Source of the DNA: the human T2T-CHM13v2.0 reference genome, Homo sapiens
DNA: 64,000 nucleotides
NCBI RefSeq assembly: GCF_009914755.1
Contig: NC_060935.1
Strand: one strand, 5' to 3'
Below are positions 15,942-28,249 of the stretch, piece after piece. The position numbers and the translations under genes are program-made. The notes under the pieces are model-generated. The model saw only the letters and a list, made by a program, of their open reading frames with translations. It did no database searches and had not been told where the DNA came from. The first letter of the stretch is position 1. Each line of letters opens with the position of its first letter.

Positions 15942-16290
15942 CTAATTCTGCTACTGATATACTCAATGATCTTGGCATGCCACTTATTCCTCTGAGCCTG
16001 TTTCCTCACCTGTGGAATGTGAATGCTATACAATATAGCACCTGATGTCCAGTAAACAATAATGAGTCTCCTATGAAGTCTTCTCTGAGTCTCCTATGAA
16101 GAACAGCCAATGCTGTGGGTACCTGGGGTCTCAGGGTTGCTCTGGGCCTGATCATCCACTCAGATCTGTAAGGAGGATTTGCAGGATCCATTTAGAAAGA
16201 TCCTCCCTTACTTCCACAAGCATGGCCTTTGGCTCTTAAATACCTGTGCTGGGGTTTTGTAATTATAGAAACAACAGGAACCAAAACTCA

Positions 16291-16665
16291 TTAATGTTGA
16301 GCTACAAACCAGAGGGAAGCTTCTTTCTCAAAACAGGGCTCAGGCCTAGAAAAATCTAGTTTTCTGAAATCGCTAGCCAGCAACAGCACTGAGATGGCCA
16401 TCCCAGAAACAAGGCCAACACAGAAGCACCCATAAAGGCTGCTGGAGGTTGGGACAAAGAGATCCTTGCTGTCCTTACAGACCCCCTGACTTCCAAGGAG
16501 CTCCCCTCTCACCCAGCCTGGCCTGCCTTCTCCACAGGGTAGCTGATCGTCAGCATCATCTTCAATGGTGTTGTCAAGAGCACTCAGTGCTCCTGCCATC
16601 CCTGTCCATCTCCACATGAAAGGAGAGGTTAGCACTCCAGCCTGGGCGACTGAGCAAGACTCCAT
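16291..16665 (-). CDS. COLCA1: COLCA1/C11orf92 124-codon ORF (MESCSVAQAGV...LWFVAQH); coding status doubtful, gene often treated as lncRNA
   Basis: 375 nt from ATG at 16665 to stop at 16291; sequence recognised as COLCA1; hydrophobic segment LYGCFCVGLVSGMAISVLLLA; first codons are Alu-derived. Confidence 0.6.
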   Translation of the reverse strand: MESCSVAQAGVLTSPFMWRWTGMAGALSALDNTIEDDADDQLPCGEGRPGWVRGELLGSQGVCKDSKDLFVPTSSSLYGCFCVGLVSGMAISVLLLASDFRKLDFSRPEPCFEKEASLWFVAQH

Positions 16666-16692
16666 CTCAAAAAAAAAAAAAAAAAAAAAATA
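16633..16692 (+). mobile_element. Extremely 5'-truncated Alu (last ~36 nt plus poly-A)
   Basis: cactccagcctgggcgactgagcaagactccatctc-A(n); perfect 15-bp TSD gaaaggagaggttag at 16618-16632 and 16693-16707. Confidence 0.92.
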
Positions 16693-18699
16693 GAAAGGAG
16701 AGGTTAGGAAGGAGATGAAGCCTGAAAGCACTGGGAGGACACCCCAGCATAGGGGAACACAGAGACACGTGAAGCCAGGGAGAAAACCAGTAGTACAGAT
16801 AAGAAATGGAAGAAAGCAATGACAGGAAGAGAGACAAAGAAACACAGAAAGAAATAAACAAAAATGCAACAAAGAAGGTTTTTAAAAGCAAATCAAAAAA
16901 TAAGAGTATAACAAAAAGGAGGAGAGCAGCGAAGAAAAGAAGTAATGGAAGACGCTATGAGGACAAGAGACCATCCCTAGATTCCAAGCTGCTTGGTTCA
17001 CTGTTCCTTCAGAGGGGGCACGGCCTAGGCACAGCGAGGAAGAAGGCATGCAGGGAGGGGAGGTGCCATCTCCACCCCCATTGTCCTTCCCCTCCTCAGG
17101 TCTGGTCCATCAGGGAAACCTAGGACACAGGCTCAGGGGCATTTGTAGAAAGAAGTTCCAGAAGCTGTCAGATTTCAATACATCCATCCTGCCCTCCACT
17201 GCCAGGTGCCACCTCAGGTGTTCCCAGGCCTGCTCCTCTGCCCCAGAGATGTGGCTTCAGCTGCCAAGCAATTCCTATCAGTCTTGTCATTCTCAGTTGC
17301 CCTTTCCCTAAGCTCTGTGTGTTTCCCTCTGTATTTGACACATTTGGGGGCACCCCAATCTTTTTCTTGAGGCCTCTGGGGCTAAACTACACTTTTTGCA
17401 TTTCTGAGAACTCAGAGAATAAACAGCAGAGGCCTAAAACCATGGACTGGTCTTGAATCCTGGAAATATCTTGGTTATTTGCAAAAGGAACCTCACCATG
17501 CCTCTCTCTTCTCTTGCTGTCCCCTTCTGTGGAGGGGGCGGGTGGCTATGAGAGGACTTGGCCTGGCACTCTCTCCCTCTGTGGACCATTCCTGTCTCCT
17601 CACCTTCCAAATCACATGGAAGAGGCACAGTAAGTACTCACAGAAGATGACCCAGTAGAATCCCAAGTCATTAGTGAGGGGCTTGGGCCTGGACCAAGGG
17701 GGAAGCCTGATCCCAAGTCCCTCCCCCTTCTCACCCCAATGGGAGAAGGCTTGAACCTAAGTCCACATCCTTTCAGTTAAAATGAGCAGGAGCCAAACTT
17801 GTCATTGTTTCCTAACATGTGCTCCTACAGCAAAAAGGCAGGGGTGGCTCTAGAAGGCGAAAAAGCAAAGAGGGCACTTCGCAGTGCGGTGGTGAAACCC
17901 AGAGTCAGAAAGTCTCCAGAGGATGAGGCTCCTGGCATCCCCAGCTCTGTGGGGAGGAGGAAAGGGTCTTAATGGGCAGTCATTCTGAGCAGAAACCCCA
18001 GTGTCGGGCCCAGGAAGAGCGGGATGAAAGGGGGAGGGAAGCCCGCTGGTAGCCAGGCGGAGCCAGAAAAATAGGAGGTGCAGAGCGAAGGCCTCTGCTA
18101 GGCCGCTGGCCTGCCACCTGGGCCCAGAGCGACTTCTTGCTGTGCCACACCCACTAGCTGCCATGTTCATTCCTCAAAACCTGAGATTTCCCCTCAAAAC
18201 ACAGATGGGGGATGCGGGAATCAGTCTGGCCAGCCAGTCTGGCTCCGGTGTTCATGGCCAGGGCAGCCTAAGTCACTCATGGCTTCTTAGCTGCCCTGAA
18301 GGCTGAAATACAGAGCATCTTTGAGGACATCTGCTCTATCTGTGGGAAGGAGGACAAAATGCTCAAACTATAATAAAAGCAAGGGCCAGGACCCAAAGGG
18401 GTCTCACTCCCTGTTTCTCTGGACTCTCTGTGGGGTGCCTGTGTGCAGGATTTCTGCAGAAGATAGTCCATTTTGTTAAGCCTTTGAATATTCAAATTGA
18501 AAGTATCGCGCAATCATTGATTGTCAAATCATGGGTTTCTAGAGGTTTTAAATACTTGGCATGAGGGGGAAAATACTCAAACCTATACCCGAAGGTATAA
18601 AACATTAATTCTGTTTGTCTCCTGTTCCAGGGACCTGGGTGCAGCCGGATGCTTTGTGAAATTTTAAAAATGTTGCATCTCTGCTTCTCTCCCTGCCCC

Positions 18700-20300
18700 A
18701 GGAGCCCTCCCAGGCGCTGAGTCCCTGCTGCTGCAGCATCCAGCCACCGACCCAGCTCCTGCTGACCACGATGTCGGGTAACTCGGCTGCTTCTCCTAGG
18801 GTCGGGTCAGGCGGGCCAGGGGCATTTCAATCCGGGTGTGTTTCCACGGCTTTTCCTGCATAGAACAGAGAGGCACAAAGTCAAGGCATGCGAGTAAGGG
18901 CCGGGGATCCGGAGAGGACGCGAGCCACGCTGTGGCCGCTCCCACTCAGCGCCTGTCCCGGAGGGCAGAGGCCCAGAGGCCGAGTTGGCCGCTCCGGACG
19001 TCCGCGTACCCCAGGCCCCCGCCCGCCCTCCCACGTATCCACTGTTGTGTCCTGAGACACGCGGTGCGGACCCTGCGCGCCCAGAAGCTGCTACGGGGGG
19101 AGCTAGAGGCTCACAGTGAGCCTGGGACGGGGGCAGAGCGCACCGACTGCACTGAGCCGAGCTGTGGCGGTCCCTGCGCGGACCCCGAGGGGCGCCCGCT
19201 GCCCGCGGAGTCCGGAGCCGATCGGGGAACGGGGTGGTGGGGCTGCGGTAGGCTGGAGCGCGGAGAGGGCGCGGCGCCTGGGCCCTGCGGGCGGGGCACG
19301 GGATTCCCTGGGTCCGGGCTAGGAAGAGCGCAATCTCCTTTCCTGGGGAGACCCTAACTCCTGGAACCCGGCTTGAGGGGGATCCCTGCTGTCCAGCTGC
19401 GGTCCCCGCAGTGACCAGGCGAGGCGCTGGCATCCTGGCACTATCTCCAGGCGCCCAGGCTGAACGCGCGGTCACCCTCGGCCGCCGCACCCAGCGCACT
19501 TCCCGGCGCGATTCCTGGACGCACACTGCAGGGTAGTGGTCAGGGCCGGAGCCGCCCCGGACTCCTGCGGCCACCTCCACCTTGAAAGCTCGCCCGGCTC
19601 GGCTTGGCCTAACAGCCAGTCCCCAACCTACTCACTGCGGCTTTTCGGGGCCCGGGGCTGAGGCTGCCCCTGCTCCCAGCGCTCAGGGGTCCCTCCCAGC
19701 GAACCCCTCTTGAGCGCGCCCGCCACCTCCCGCGAGCCGGGGCAGTCCGACCGGGCCCCGCCAGCCCCGGGGCGGCCCCTACCGAAGGGCGGCCTCCCGG
19801 CGGAGTGCAGGGTCATCGGGAGCCCCGGACGGCTTTCCCCAGCTCGCGCTGCGCGGACTCGCCCCGGAGCCTCAGTGCGCCTCGGAGAAACGCCTGCCCC
19901 AGAAAGGGAGGGGGTAGGGAGAGAGGGGAAGAAGGGGAGAGTAGGAGCGGGGGCGAAGGAGGGAGGAGGGCAAGATGGAGCGCGGAAAAGGCGGAGAAAA
20001 GGGGCGAGGGAGAGCGGGCAGAAGGCAAAGACAGAAGGGAGCGAGGGAGGGAGTTCCTCGGGCCTGGCCCCTTTACTAGGTCAGTCTGGCAGGTACCTCG
20101 CCGGCCCAGGACGGGGCTGGCCAAACCTCACCGCTTGCTCCCGGGCTGGCTTCCAGACCAAGGGCACGCAGAGGTCGGAGCCTGCCCAGAAGCCACACCT
20201 GGCCAGGTGGAGAAGGAAGGGACTCGGGACTTCCATGCTAGTGGGAACATCACAGTGGGGTGGGCTACGTCAGCCGTCATAATCAGAGAAAGCCCCCTGC
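18700..20300. promoter_or_regulatory. CpG island / bidirectional promoter region of POU2AF3 and COLCA1
   Basis: Very high GC and CpG density with GC boxes, covering POU2AF3 exon 1 and intron 1. Confidence 0.9.
18771..18777 (+). CDS. POU2AF3: POU2AF3/COLCA2 (OCA-T2) coding exon 1: ATG TCG G (M-S-)
   Basis: accacgATGTCGG|gtaact, with A at -3. The phase-1 donor joins 20716 to give MSEKPKVYQGVRVK. Total CDS 7+95+55+230+369=756 nt = 251 aa. Confidence 0.85.
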
Positions 20301-20639
20301 CCCAGGCCTGGCCCCTCCCCAGGTCCATAATACCCTCTCTCTCGGCTGTCTGGGTCTGAAAGCCAAGGTTCCCCCGACCTAATCAGAGTGGTGGGCTCCG
20401 CTGCACTGGTCTCCATATTCCAGAGCAGAAAAACCCGTTTGCTATTGGCCTAGGACTGAGGCCCAGCCAGGGGTGGATGGCCCCACAAATTTCCACGGAT
20501 TCTTTTCCTACTGGGGCTCTGAAACCTGCTCAGCCACTCTTCATTCTTTCAAGTTTGAAATGTTTGGGTTTTTACCATCCTTTGACATTTTTTGTGTGTG
20601 TTCTCCAAACTTAGAAACTTGGCTTTGGGTGCCATAGCC

Positions 20640-20647
20640 TATAAAAG
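20640..20647 (+). promoter_or_regulatory. Consensus TATA box (cTATAAAAGGGG) upstream of POU2AF3 exon 2
   Basis: Perfect TATAWAAR match 76 nt before the exon 2 acceptor; function inferred. Confidence 0.45.
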
Positions 20648-20715
20648 GGGCCCCCACTCTGCACCCTGGCACCCAGACCTTGGACTCGACCACTGACTCA
20701 GTTGCCTTTCTCCAG

Positions 20716-20810
20716 AAAAACCGAAGGTGTATCAAGGTGTCCGAGTGAAGATCACAGTGAAGGAGCTGCTGCAGCAAAGACGGGCACACCAGGCGGCCTC
20801 CGGGGGAACC
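20716..20810 (+). CDS. POU2AF3: POU2AF3 exon 2, OCA peptide (EKPKVYQGVRVKITVKELLQQRRAHQAASGGT)
   Basis: Acceptor cctttctccag| with branch-like ctgac, donor |gtaagc; motif matches the OCA-B POU-binding peptide YQGVRVK..VKELL. Confidence 0.95.
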
Positions 20811-21779
20811 GTAAGCATAAGCCCTTCCCTCATTCCCCAGCCCATGCCAGGCCTCTTTCAACGCTGTGTCTGCAAGGTGTGGAGGCCACTCAAGGCCCCA
20901 CGCACTCACCATTCCCAGACCTGGCCTTCCTCTGCTGTTCCTATGACTTCTGTACCCAGCTGCATCCCAATCGGGAAGCTACAGAGGACAGCTGGGGCAT
21001 GTTGTGGGGCTCAGGATTTGGGGGAGCCCATCCATCCCCCATGGGTGAAAGTAAAGTATAAAAAGTGCGTTGGTCCTCTGCAGGGGGAGGAGCGGCCAGC
21101 AGGTAAGTAGACATCGTTTTGTTAGGAAGACAGTGTATATATGTACAGCCCTTGCAGACCCATAGAAAATCTATCCCAGAAATTCACCTCATTTTAGGGG
21201 CCCCTTCCAGGATAGCATCTGTGTGGAACATCCTCCCTTCCCTCCTCATTCTTCTGGAACTCACCCTCTGAGATCATTTATCTGTAAATCATCAGTTACC
21301 TAAAGTATCTAGCAGAAAAGGGCCCTGTCTCTGCAGAAGAGACAGCTGGAGTACAGGACCACTTCCCTAAAATGTATCAACACCTTAAGCAGTTTCAGGT
21401 TATTACAAAATTGAACTGAGCAGTCATAAGGGTATACCCTGACACTTTATACACCTTCCTACGGTAAGTACTGCCAAAGGCACTCAGGGCAGCAACAGAA
21501 CCAAATAAACTAGGTGGGGTTATTGCCCAAGAGAGGGCAGCTCATCCCTAAAAAGCCTCAATCATACAATTGCTTGGGGGTTGGTTTGGGTGTGAACATA
21601 GGATCTGACAGCTGGGGCTCATATTGCCTCTGTTAGGATTGGCCCTTCTCCAGCCCATTGGCATCTGCCCCACGACAGTTTTTGTGCCTGATGCTGTTCA
21701 TGTGACTTCATGAAATAGGCCTTTGACAGCGGGACTTCTTGAAATGGGAGGGGGCAAATGATGTAGGGGAGGTAAACAC

Positions 21780-21990
21780 AGGTTCCAGAACCAGATGGAC
21801 TGGGCTCAGATCTCAGTTCCTCCATGGTGTGTATCCTCAAGCAAATTACCCAATTCCCCTTGCCTCTGTTTATTCGTCTTCAAATTGGGGATGATAGGAT
21901 TTTGTGAGGGTTAATCGAGTTATTGCATACAAAGCCGTTAGAAGAATGCTTTCCACATAGTGAGTGCTCAATAAATGTTAGTTGTCATTA
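21780..21990 (+). mobile_element. MIR
   Basis: MIR core and 3' end (gtgctcaataaatgttag). Confidence 0.75.
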
Positions 21991-23415
21991 TTTGAGAAAT
22001 AATAATATTATCTGGGGAAAGCAACTAATATTCCAACCAAGGATTGAAAGCCAGCTATTTGGTAATGTTTGTTCACACCCTTTGCTCAGAGTTTAGAGTT
22101 CAGATGCGAGCCAGCTGCAATTTGGCATATACAGCACATGCAGCTGGAAAAGTAAGGACCTCCATGTGCAGAATTTCAGGTAACGCATTAACACTCCCTT
22201 ACATTTCTAGAGGACTTCACAGTGGTTCTTCTTTTAAAGCACTTTTGCACAGCCACTATTTCATTTAGTTTTTATAACAACCAGCGGAGGTAAGTAGATC
22301 AGAGATCTGTACCTCGATTACAGGCAAAATTCAAAACCTTGAAGTTGCTCATGGCAACGCTAAAACTAGGACTAAGGTCTTTTTCTTAGTGTAATATAAA
22401 AACCCTTCTGTTGGCTCTTTATGCTCTAAATTCATCATTCTGCAGATCTGACGATACTAAGCAGGAGTCTGATAGCCTCAACCCCTTCAGTTCAGAGATG
22501 GTTATATAATTAACAAAACCAGGTACAAGGGAACTGGAAAATGCTTCTGGAGAAAAACATCATCAAGACTTTCATAATAAAATGTAACGTTTCCTTAAGG
22601 AGCTTTGGTACTTGCTACAGTTCTGCTCAGCTGCACCTGGAGAGCCCCATGTGAGTGTGGCACTTCTGTTGCTGCTGGGCCCTTACAGATGGGTGTGGCC
22701 ACTGTTCCCTTCTTAGCTCGCTACAGGAGCTAATGTGAGGGTAATACACTTCACTTGTGTATCTGACCAGTTTCTGTTCCCCGGAGTAGTTTGACTTATT
22801 TAAATTTTTCTGAATTCCCTCCTGAGAAATAAAGCAGGACTTCTGAACCAGTGTCTTATAGGAACAGGCAGAGTAAAGCCTGCTCTACTTTGCTTCCCTT
22901 AAGACTGCATCAGCCTATGCCCTCGCAAGCAAGCAGGTTTAACACGCATATAATTTAATTACAAAAGCCAGACGTAAAATCCCTCACTGGAAGCCATCGG
23001 ATGGATCTGGGATTCTAAAGAAGCTGTGAGAGCGTACTTAGTAGGCAAGGGTAGCAGACACCAGGGGATGATGTTGCCTGCTTCTTAGTGTAGACCTTTC
23101 TGGTATAACAGAGATGATCCCCAGTTTGTTCATTTGTTGAAGGATGCCTCTGGGAAACTTTAAGCCAAGGAGAGGGTTAATTATATCAAATACTACAAAG
23201 TGGCAAGAAATCTATCTTAATTTGTTATAAAGTCAGTGTAGTATCCACAATTCAAAATTTTAAGAAGGCAATCACGAATGGAAGTTATAGGTTGAGACAG
23301 ACATTCAGTAAAGAATTCAAATATTCTTCAAGCAGTGCCGGAAGAAACTGTGTGTATGCCGGATTGGAACACTCGATTTTAAAAAACTTATTTCAGCCAG
23401 ATCAATTTGCAAACA

Positions 23416-23450
23416 TGCGCATGCACGCACACACACAGACACACACACAC
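23416..23450. repeat. Interrupted (CA)n / alternating purine-pyrimidine tract in POU2AF3 intron 2
   Basis: tgcgcatgcacgcacacacacagacacacacacac. Confidence 0.85.
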
Positions 23451-25108
23451 TTGCCTTTGGGGTAAAAGGAAACTTGAGTTAGTCGTTATCAAAAGATATC
23501 ATTTACCTTTCTTTTTTTAAATCATTAATTTTTTAAACAGCCTTGATGTGTTTTTATAAATTGTAGACTGTGAATTTTTGTGCTGTTTGAAATCTAAGAG
23601 AGAGTTGCCTTTCTTTGTATTCTTGGAGCAAAGTAGAAAGTGAACCCATGACTAGAAAGATAATATCAAGTAGGATATTGTAAACACACCTCAGGGAGAT
23701 AACATGGGGTGGAGGCAGACAAACAGGCCAATCCGGGGGAGGAATGGAGTTAAGGAAAGCTCTACAATGAGGCAGATTTTTTAATACCCACTCCTTCCAA
23801 GTCCTTCAGCTCAAGCTGCAGCCAAATATTTGCATAAAGAGCTGGTAAAGGATTCCAGCTTCCTGGTTCATGACATTACAGCATGGATCGTTTTCAAAAT
23901 TAATACTGCCTCCTGTTTCAGCAGTGGCTGCCTGCACAGCTCTCCCTGTGGCTCAGAGTATGGGAGTGAGTATGCCCTGTAACCCAAAAGAGGTGTGGTG
24001 AGCTCGGCTTCCCAGCACAGAATCACAGAGCAATACGGGTACCTTTAAACTTTAAAGCCACACCTGAAATTTAAAAAAAAAAAAAAAATCCTAAATTACT
24101 CAGTATAATTATTAATTCAACTGAAAAATGCAGGCTGCTTTACTTTGAATAGTTAAAAAGAGCAGTCTCATAAACTTTTAAGTATTTAAATACAGTAGTT
24201 TAAATAAAAGCAACTTTTATAGATAGTAGTACAAAACATACAAAGTACTGGAATAATTCCCGACCATTAACTAGAATGAAAGTAGGTTCCAACTCACCAA
24301 CCACAGCTTTAAGAAAATATTTTCTATTTTAATATTTCATGTATACTAAGAACATGTGAATATTTTTAGCTACTCAGAATTAACAAAATTAAGAATTGTG
24401 TTCTTTGGGGAAACGACTCCCTAAGGCTAAGTAGCCAGATGGTATATGAAATTTTTGAGAAAAATAATTGACTAAGCCATAGATAGTTGAGATTAAATAA
24501 ATGTTAGTCCTTAATAATTTTAAATCGAATAGTTTAATAGGAAGCCTTTTGCTGCATTTTCTCAAACTGTTACATTTTTACCACATAAAATTATTTACAT
24601 TAATTTTTTACTAAAAATTAATCACTTTTAAAATTTAAGTAGAAGAATCTGATATTAGGAAAAAAACTCCCCAAGCAAGCAAACATAAATATTGGATCTA
24701 GATAAAACATAATATTGGTTGTATTTAAGAAGTCTGTTTTATGATTTGATTTCAGGTTTTCATTGTTCCAATGCAATTTTCCAGATTGAATCTTAAAAGG
24801 ATTATAAACGTCAAAAGGCATTTTAAATTCTACACGGACTTAATACACCTACCGCAATTCTATGCACCTGTCTTTCAAATTCTATAAAATATTTGTTGAC
24901 ACTTTCCCTTTCACTTGTTTTTTACAATATATTTTGTACAAAAATTTGTCAAACATTGAAAAAAAAAAAAGAAAGCAACTTTTTCTGAGAAGGAAGAATC
25001 TGGCTTACCTTATAGCAGAAAGAAACATAGTCCTCATCAAAATGTCTTAGCTTTCCCTTCAGAGCATTTCTTTCAGCCTGCTTCACGGTGATATTCTTGC
25101 TTTGACAG

Positions 25109-25163
25109 CGGTCCGGAGGCAGCAGTGTCCACCTTTCAGACCCAGTTGCACCATCTTCTGCAG
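25109..25163 (+). CDS. POU2AF3: POU2AF3 exon 3 (RSGGSSVHLSDPVAPSSA-G), 55 nt
   Basis: Acceptor ctttgacag|, donor cag|gtcagt; phase 0 to 1 keeps the frame between exons 2 and 4; absent from the ORF track. Confidence 0.88.
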
Positions 25164-26574
25164 GTCAGTACAGCCAGCATTAACAGTTCCCTCAAACACT
25201 CTTTCAAAAGTCCATCTCAAAAGTCTTTCAGTCTTGATTCAGGGGTTAAGATAGGCACCACCATTTAATTGGAATCCAACCAATCAGAAGGTGAAAAAGG
25301 CATAGTCACTCCACATGCAAGCCCAGCAAGAAAACAAGCATAAATGTTGTCTTCATTTCTGAATTCTCTACTCTCTGCTATATTGTCTCAAGAGTTTGTT
25401 CTTCACATTTATTCCAGTTCCTCATCGCCAAGTAACTAAACTGAACTACAAAATCAGAATTGTTCTCAGGAACTTATCTTTTTTTAGTGCACTGTTAGAT
25501 GGAATACAGAACATCCCAAGACACTCAAATAATGCCTTTGCTCTGTTCCTTTAGTTTCCAGCCGACAGGGGCTTCCCTCCCCTTCTCTGTTCCCAGAAAG
25601 CAGTTCAAACAAGTGTAGGTTTTCTCAGCCCAATAAGAATAACTCGATTACATAAACACTCCTACCTCTGCTACTCAACAGCTAAGAGTTTAAGGAGGTC
25701 GTATATAAGGAAACCTCTGCCTATGGCCTCTCCCCACTAAATGTGTCACCGTAGCTTCACCTTAAAGGAACTTGAGACCTCAAGAAGAACACAGTGTCCT
25801 TTAGTCCCTTTGATGAGCACACTCTAATCCTCTCTTCTTCCAGCATTTACAGATAATTATCACAAATTGGGCCTATTAATAATAAAATGGAAAAGGAGTA
25901 ATGTTTACTGATTATCTTTGTTTGATGTTTAACAACTTACTTTGATCACATCATGATGTTAACATGTTCACTGAGAAAACATTTTTGCTTTTTGTACTTC
26001 CGAGCCAATAGTGTTAATTGGTACTCTATGGTCCTGGTTTCCATGATTATCATTTGCATTCTCATTTAAATCACTTCTCAAAATTCTCTCCTCCAAACTT
26101 AAGTTACTGAGTAAGAGTGAAAAGTTCAAAAAAGCAATCACCATAAGTCAAAAGAATTATTTCCCGTAGCATCAGAAGTTTTCTCAAAGCCTCAACAACT
26201 TTGTCAGTTACTTCTGAGAGGTTTACGTGAACTGCCGGTAGGGGCTGGATGTCCATGGTTTTACAGCCCAAGAAAGGGGAAGTTTGAGCCATTATTTGAC
26301 TGTGACACTTGGACACAAATTGGGTCACCATCCTTTTATTTTTGCCCTAACCAGTTTTACAGCCAGTTTCCACATTATTAACCATGTTCATTTCCCTGGA
26401 GCTTGAATTAGCTAGGACAACTAAAGAGTCAAAATTGCATTCCCGTTTACTTTTCTGGATTTGTTAAGCCCCCTTTCCCCCTAGACATAGTAAATATTCA
26501 GAGTATAGATCTCCATTCAAATCTGTGTTTTGCAATTTTTATGCAAAAACCTGCCTTTTTCCTTTCTCCTCTAG

Positions 26575-26804
26575 GACTGTATTTTGAGCCTGAACCAATT
26601 TCTTCCACGCCCAATTATTTGCAACGGGGAGAATTTTCCAGTTGTGTTTCATGTGAAGAAAACTCAAGCTGCCTCGACCAGATCTTTGATTCCTACCTTC
26701 AGACAGAGATGCACCCGGAGCCTTTGCTCAATTCCACACAAAGTGCTCCACACCATTTCCCAGACAGCTTCCAGGCCACCCCTTTCTGCTTTAACCAGAG
26801 CCTG
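26575..26804 (+). CDS. POU2AF3: POU2AF3 exon 4 (GLYFEPEP...PFCFNQSL)
   Basis: Long pyrimidine tract plus ctag|, donor |gtaatt; 230 nt; the internal ATG at 26709 starts the older 154-aa COLCA2 ORF. Confidence 0.93.
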
Positions 26805-28249
26805 GTAATTTTTCTCAGTTCTTTATATACCTGATTGTGTCTAACTATGGGGTAATAGTGCTTTGTGAGTTTGCACCATCCCGTGGGAAATCATACAAAA
26901 ACTATCAGCAAGGAAATCATCCAAGGAAACAAGCAGAGAAGAATTTAAAAGTCAATGTATAGAAGTAGCCACACACTGCAGGGCATAAACCTTTGGATAC
27001 ACACGTAATTTAGATTTCCCAAGATTTAGATTTTTCGGCCACCAAGTAAGTTGGTGGGTAGCAATAAAAAGAGGTTCCTGGCAATATTCATTTAATGTTT
27101 TTTAAACTGTAAAGTCAAGAGACCTACTAATTGGAAGTCAGTGGTTTAAACAATGGCTCTTGGATTTTTTGATGGAATTTTGAGTTCTTGGAAATGGAAT
27201 TAAGGCTGTGTATATATGGTAACAAACTTCATTTCATTAGGGGGAGGTTTTGCTTTGTTTTGTCATTGAACTGGCTCTACTAACTGATAGTTTGAGTCTG
27301 CTATAAGCACAATAACTCATTTGGGTCTGAGATGGTTAGTAAAAATGAAGCCGTAATCTTTGAAAAAAATTAAATTGGTTGTTCTCGGTGGATCTCAAAT
27401 GTTTGAAAATGTGTTATCCTTCAAAATGAAGTAAGGTTTCTATTAGTGGAAACTAGTTATTTCAGTTGTCTTTTAGAGACTCACAGGTTTGTTTTGTAAA
27501 CCTTAAATTGTAAAGTTTTCTTTTTTAAGGAATGTAAATACTTTTTGCCTTTGGATTGTCAAAAGTCTGTGTGGGCATCAGACTAAATTTTAGAGCGGAT
27601 AGGAAATTAACTCTGCAGAATATGCACATTGTCACGGGGAAAATATGGGGCCCCAGTGACCCAGTTCCTTCCCAGCCTCCAAGTTAGGTTTTCTCAGTAA
27701 CAATTGTAGACTTGCTTAAGAGAAAACAGACAGTAGCTCTCACTCCAGGGAACAAGACTTTAGTGGCGAGACAGGTAGTGACACATCTTGGCATATGCCA
27801 GGGATACTCCAAGATCCTTGAGGATCCAAGTTATGCCTTTGCATGATCACCTGATTCTTCATGGTGAGGGTGTGGAGAAACATCCAGGGTGCCACCTACA
27901 GCTTAGATTGTGGCATACAGCAGGATTTGATATGCAGGTGACTTGAAGCACAATGGGATTTTGTGGTTTCAGAACGAGCACCCTCTAAAGTAGGATTATA
28001 ACAAAGGAAGCCAGTGAAGCAAGGCAATTTATTGTTTGGAAAGAAATAGGTAACTATAGATTGTGGTGTCATGAAATCATGTAGTCAGCAAATAAAATTA
28101 CTTCTGCAGACTTGGGTTGGGTGTTGTTTCGTTTGATTTGGTTTTTTACCCCTCATTTTCTCACTCTGCATTGGTAAACCCACACTGTTCAGTTCTTTGA
28201 TCCTGTCTAAGTTATTAAGCTCTTTGTTTCTTGGTTGTCATTTCTCTAG

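Noticed and set aside
16666-16872. N-terminal extension making COLCA1 193 aa and very hydrophobic
   Set aside because: Non-ATG start; the hydrophobicity comes from reading an A/G-rich tract and the Alu poly-A backwards.
18807-20359. Long overlapping ORFs (257, 173, 190 and 184 aa) in the CpG island
   Set aside because: Stop-codon depletion in GC-rich DNA; Arg/Pro/Gly/Ala-rich in several frames, no recognisable domain, mostly non-ATG starts.
20727-21110. 127-aa ORF starting MYQGVRVK as a standalone gene
   Set aside because: The start is GTG (Val). Only the part up to the donor at 20810 is exonic; the rest is intron read-through.
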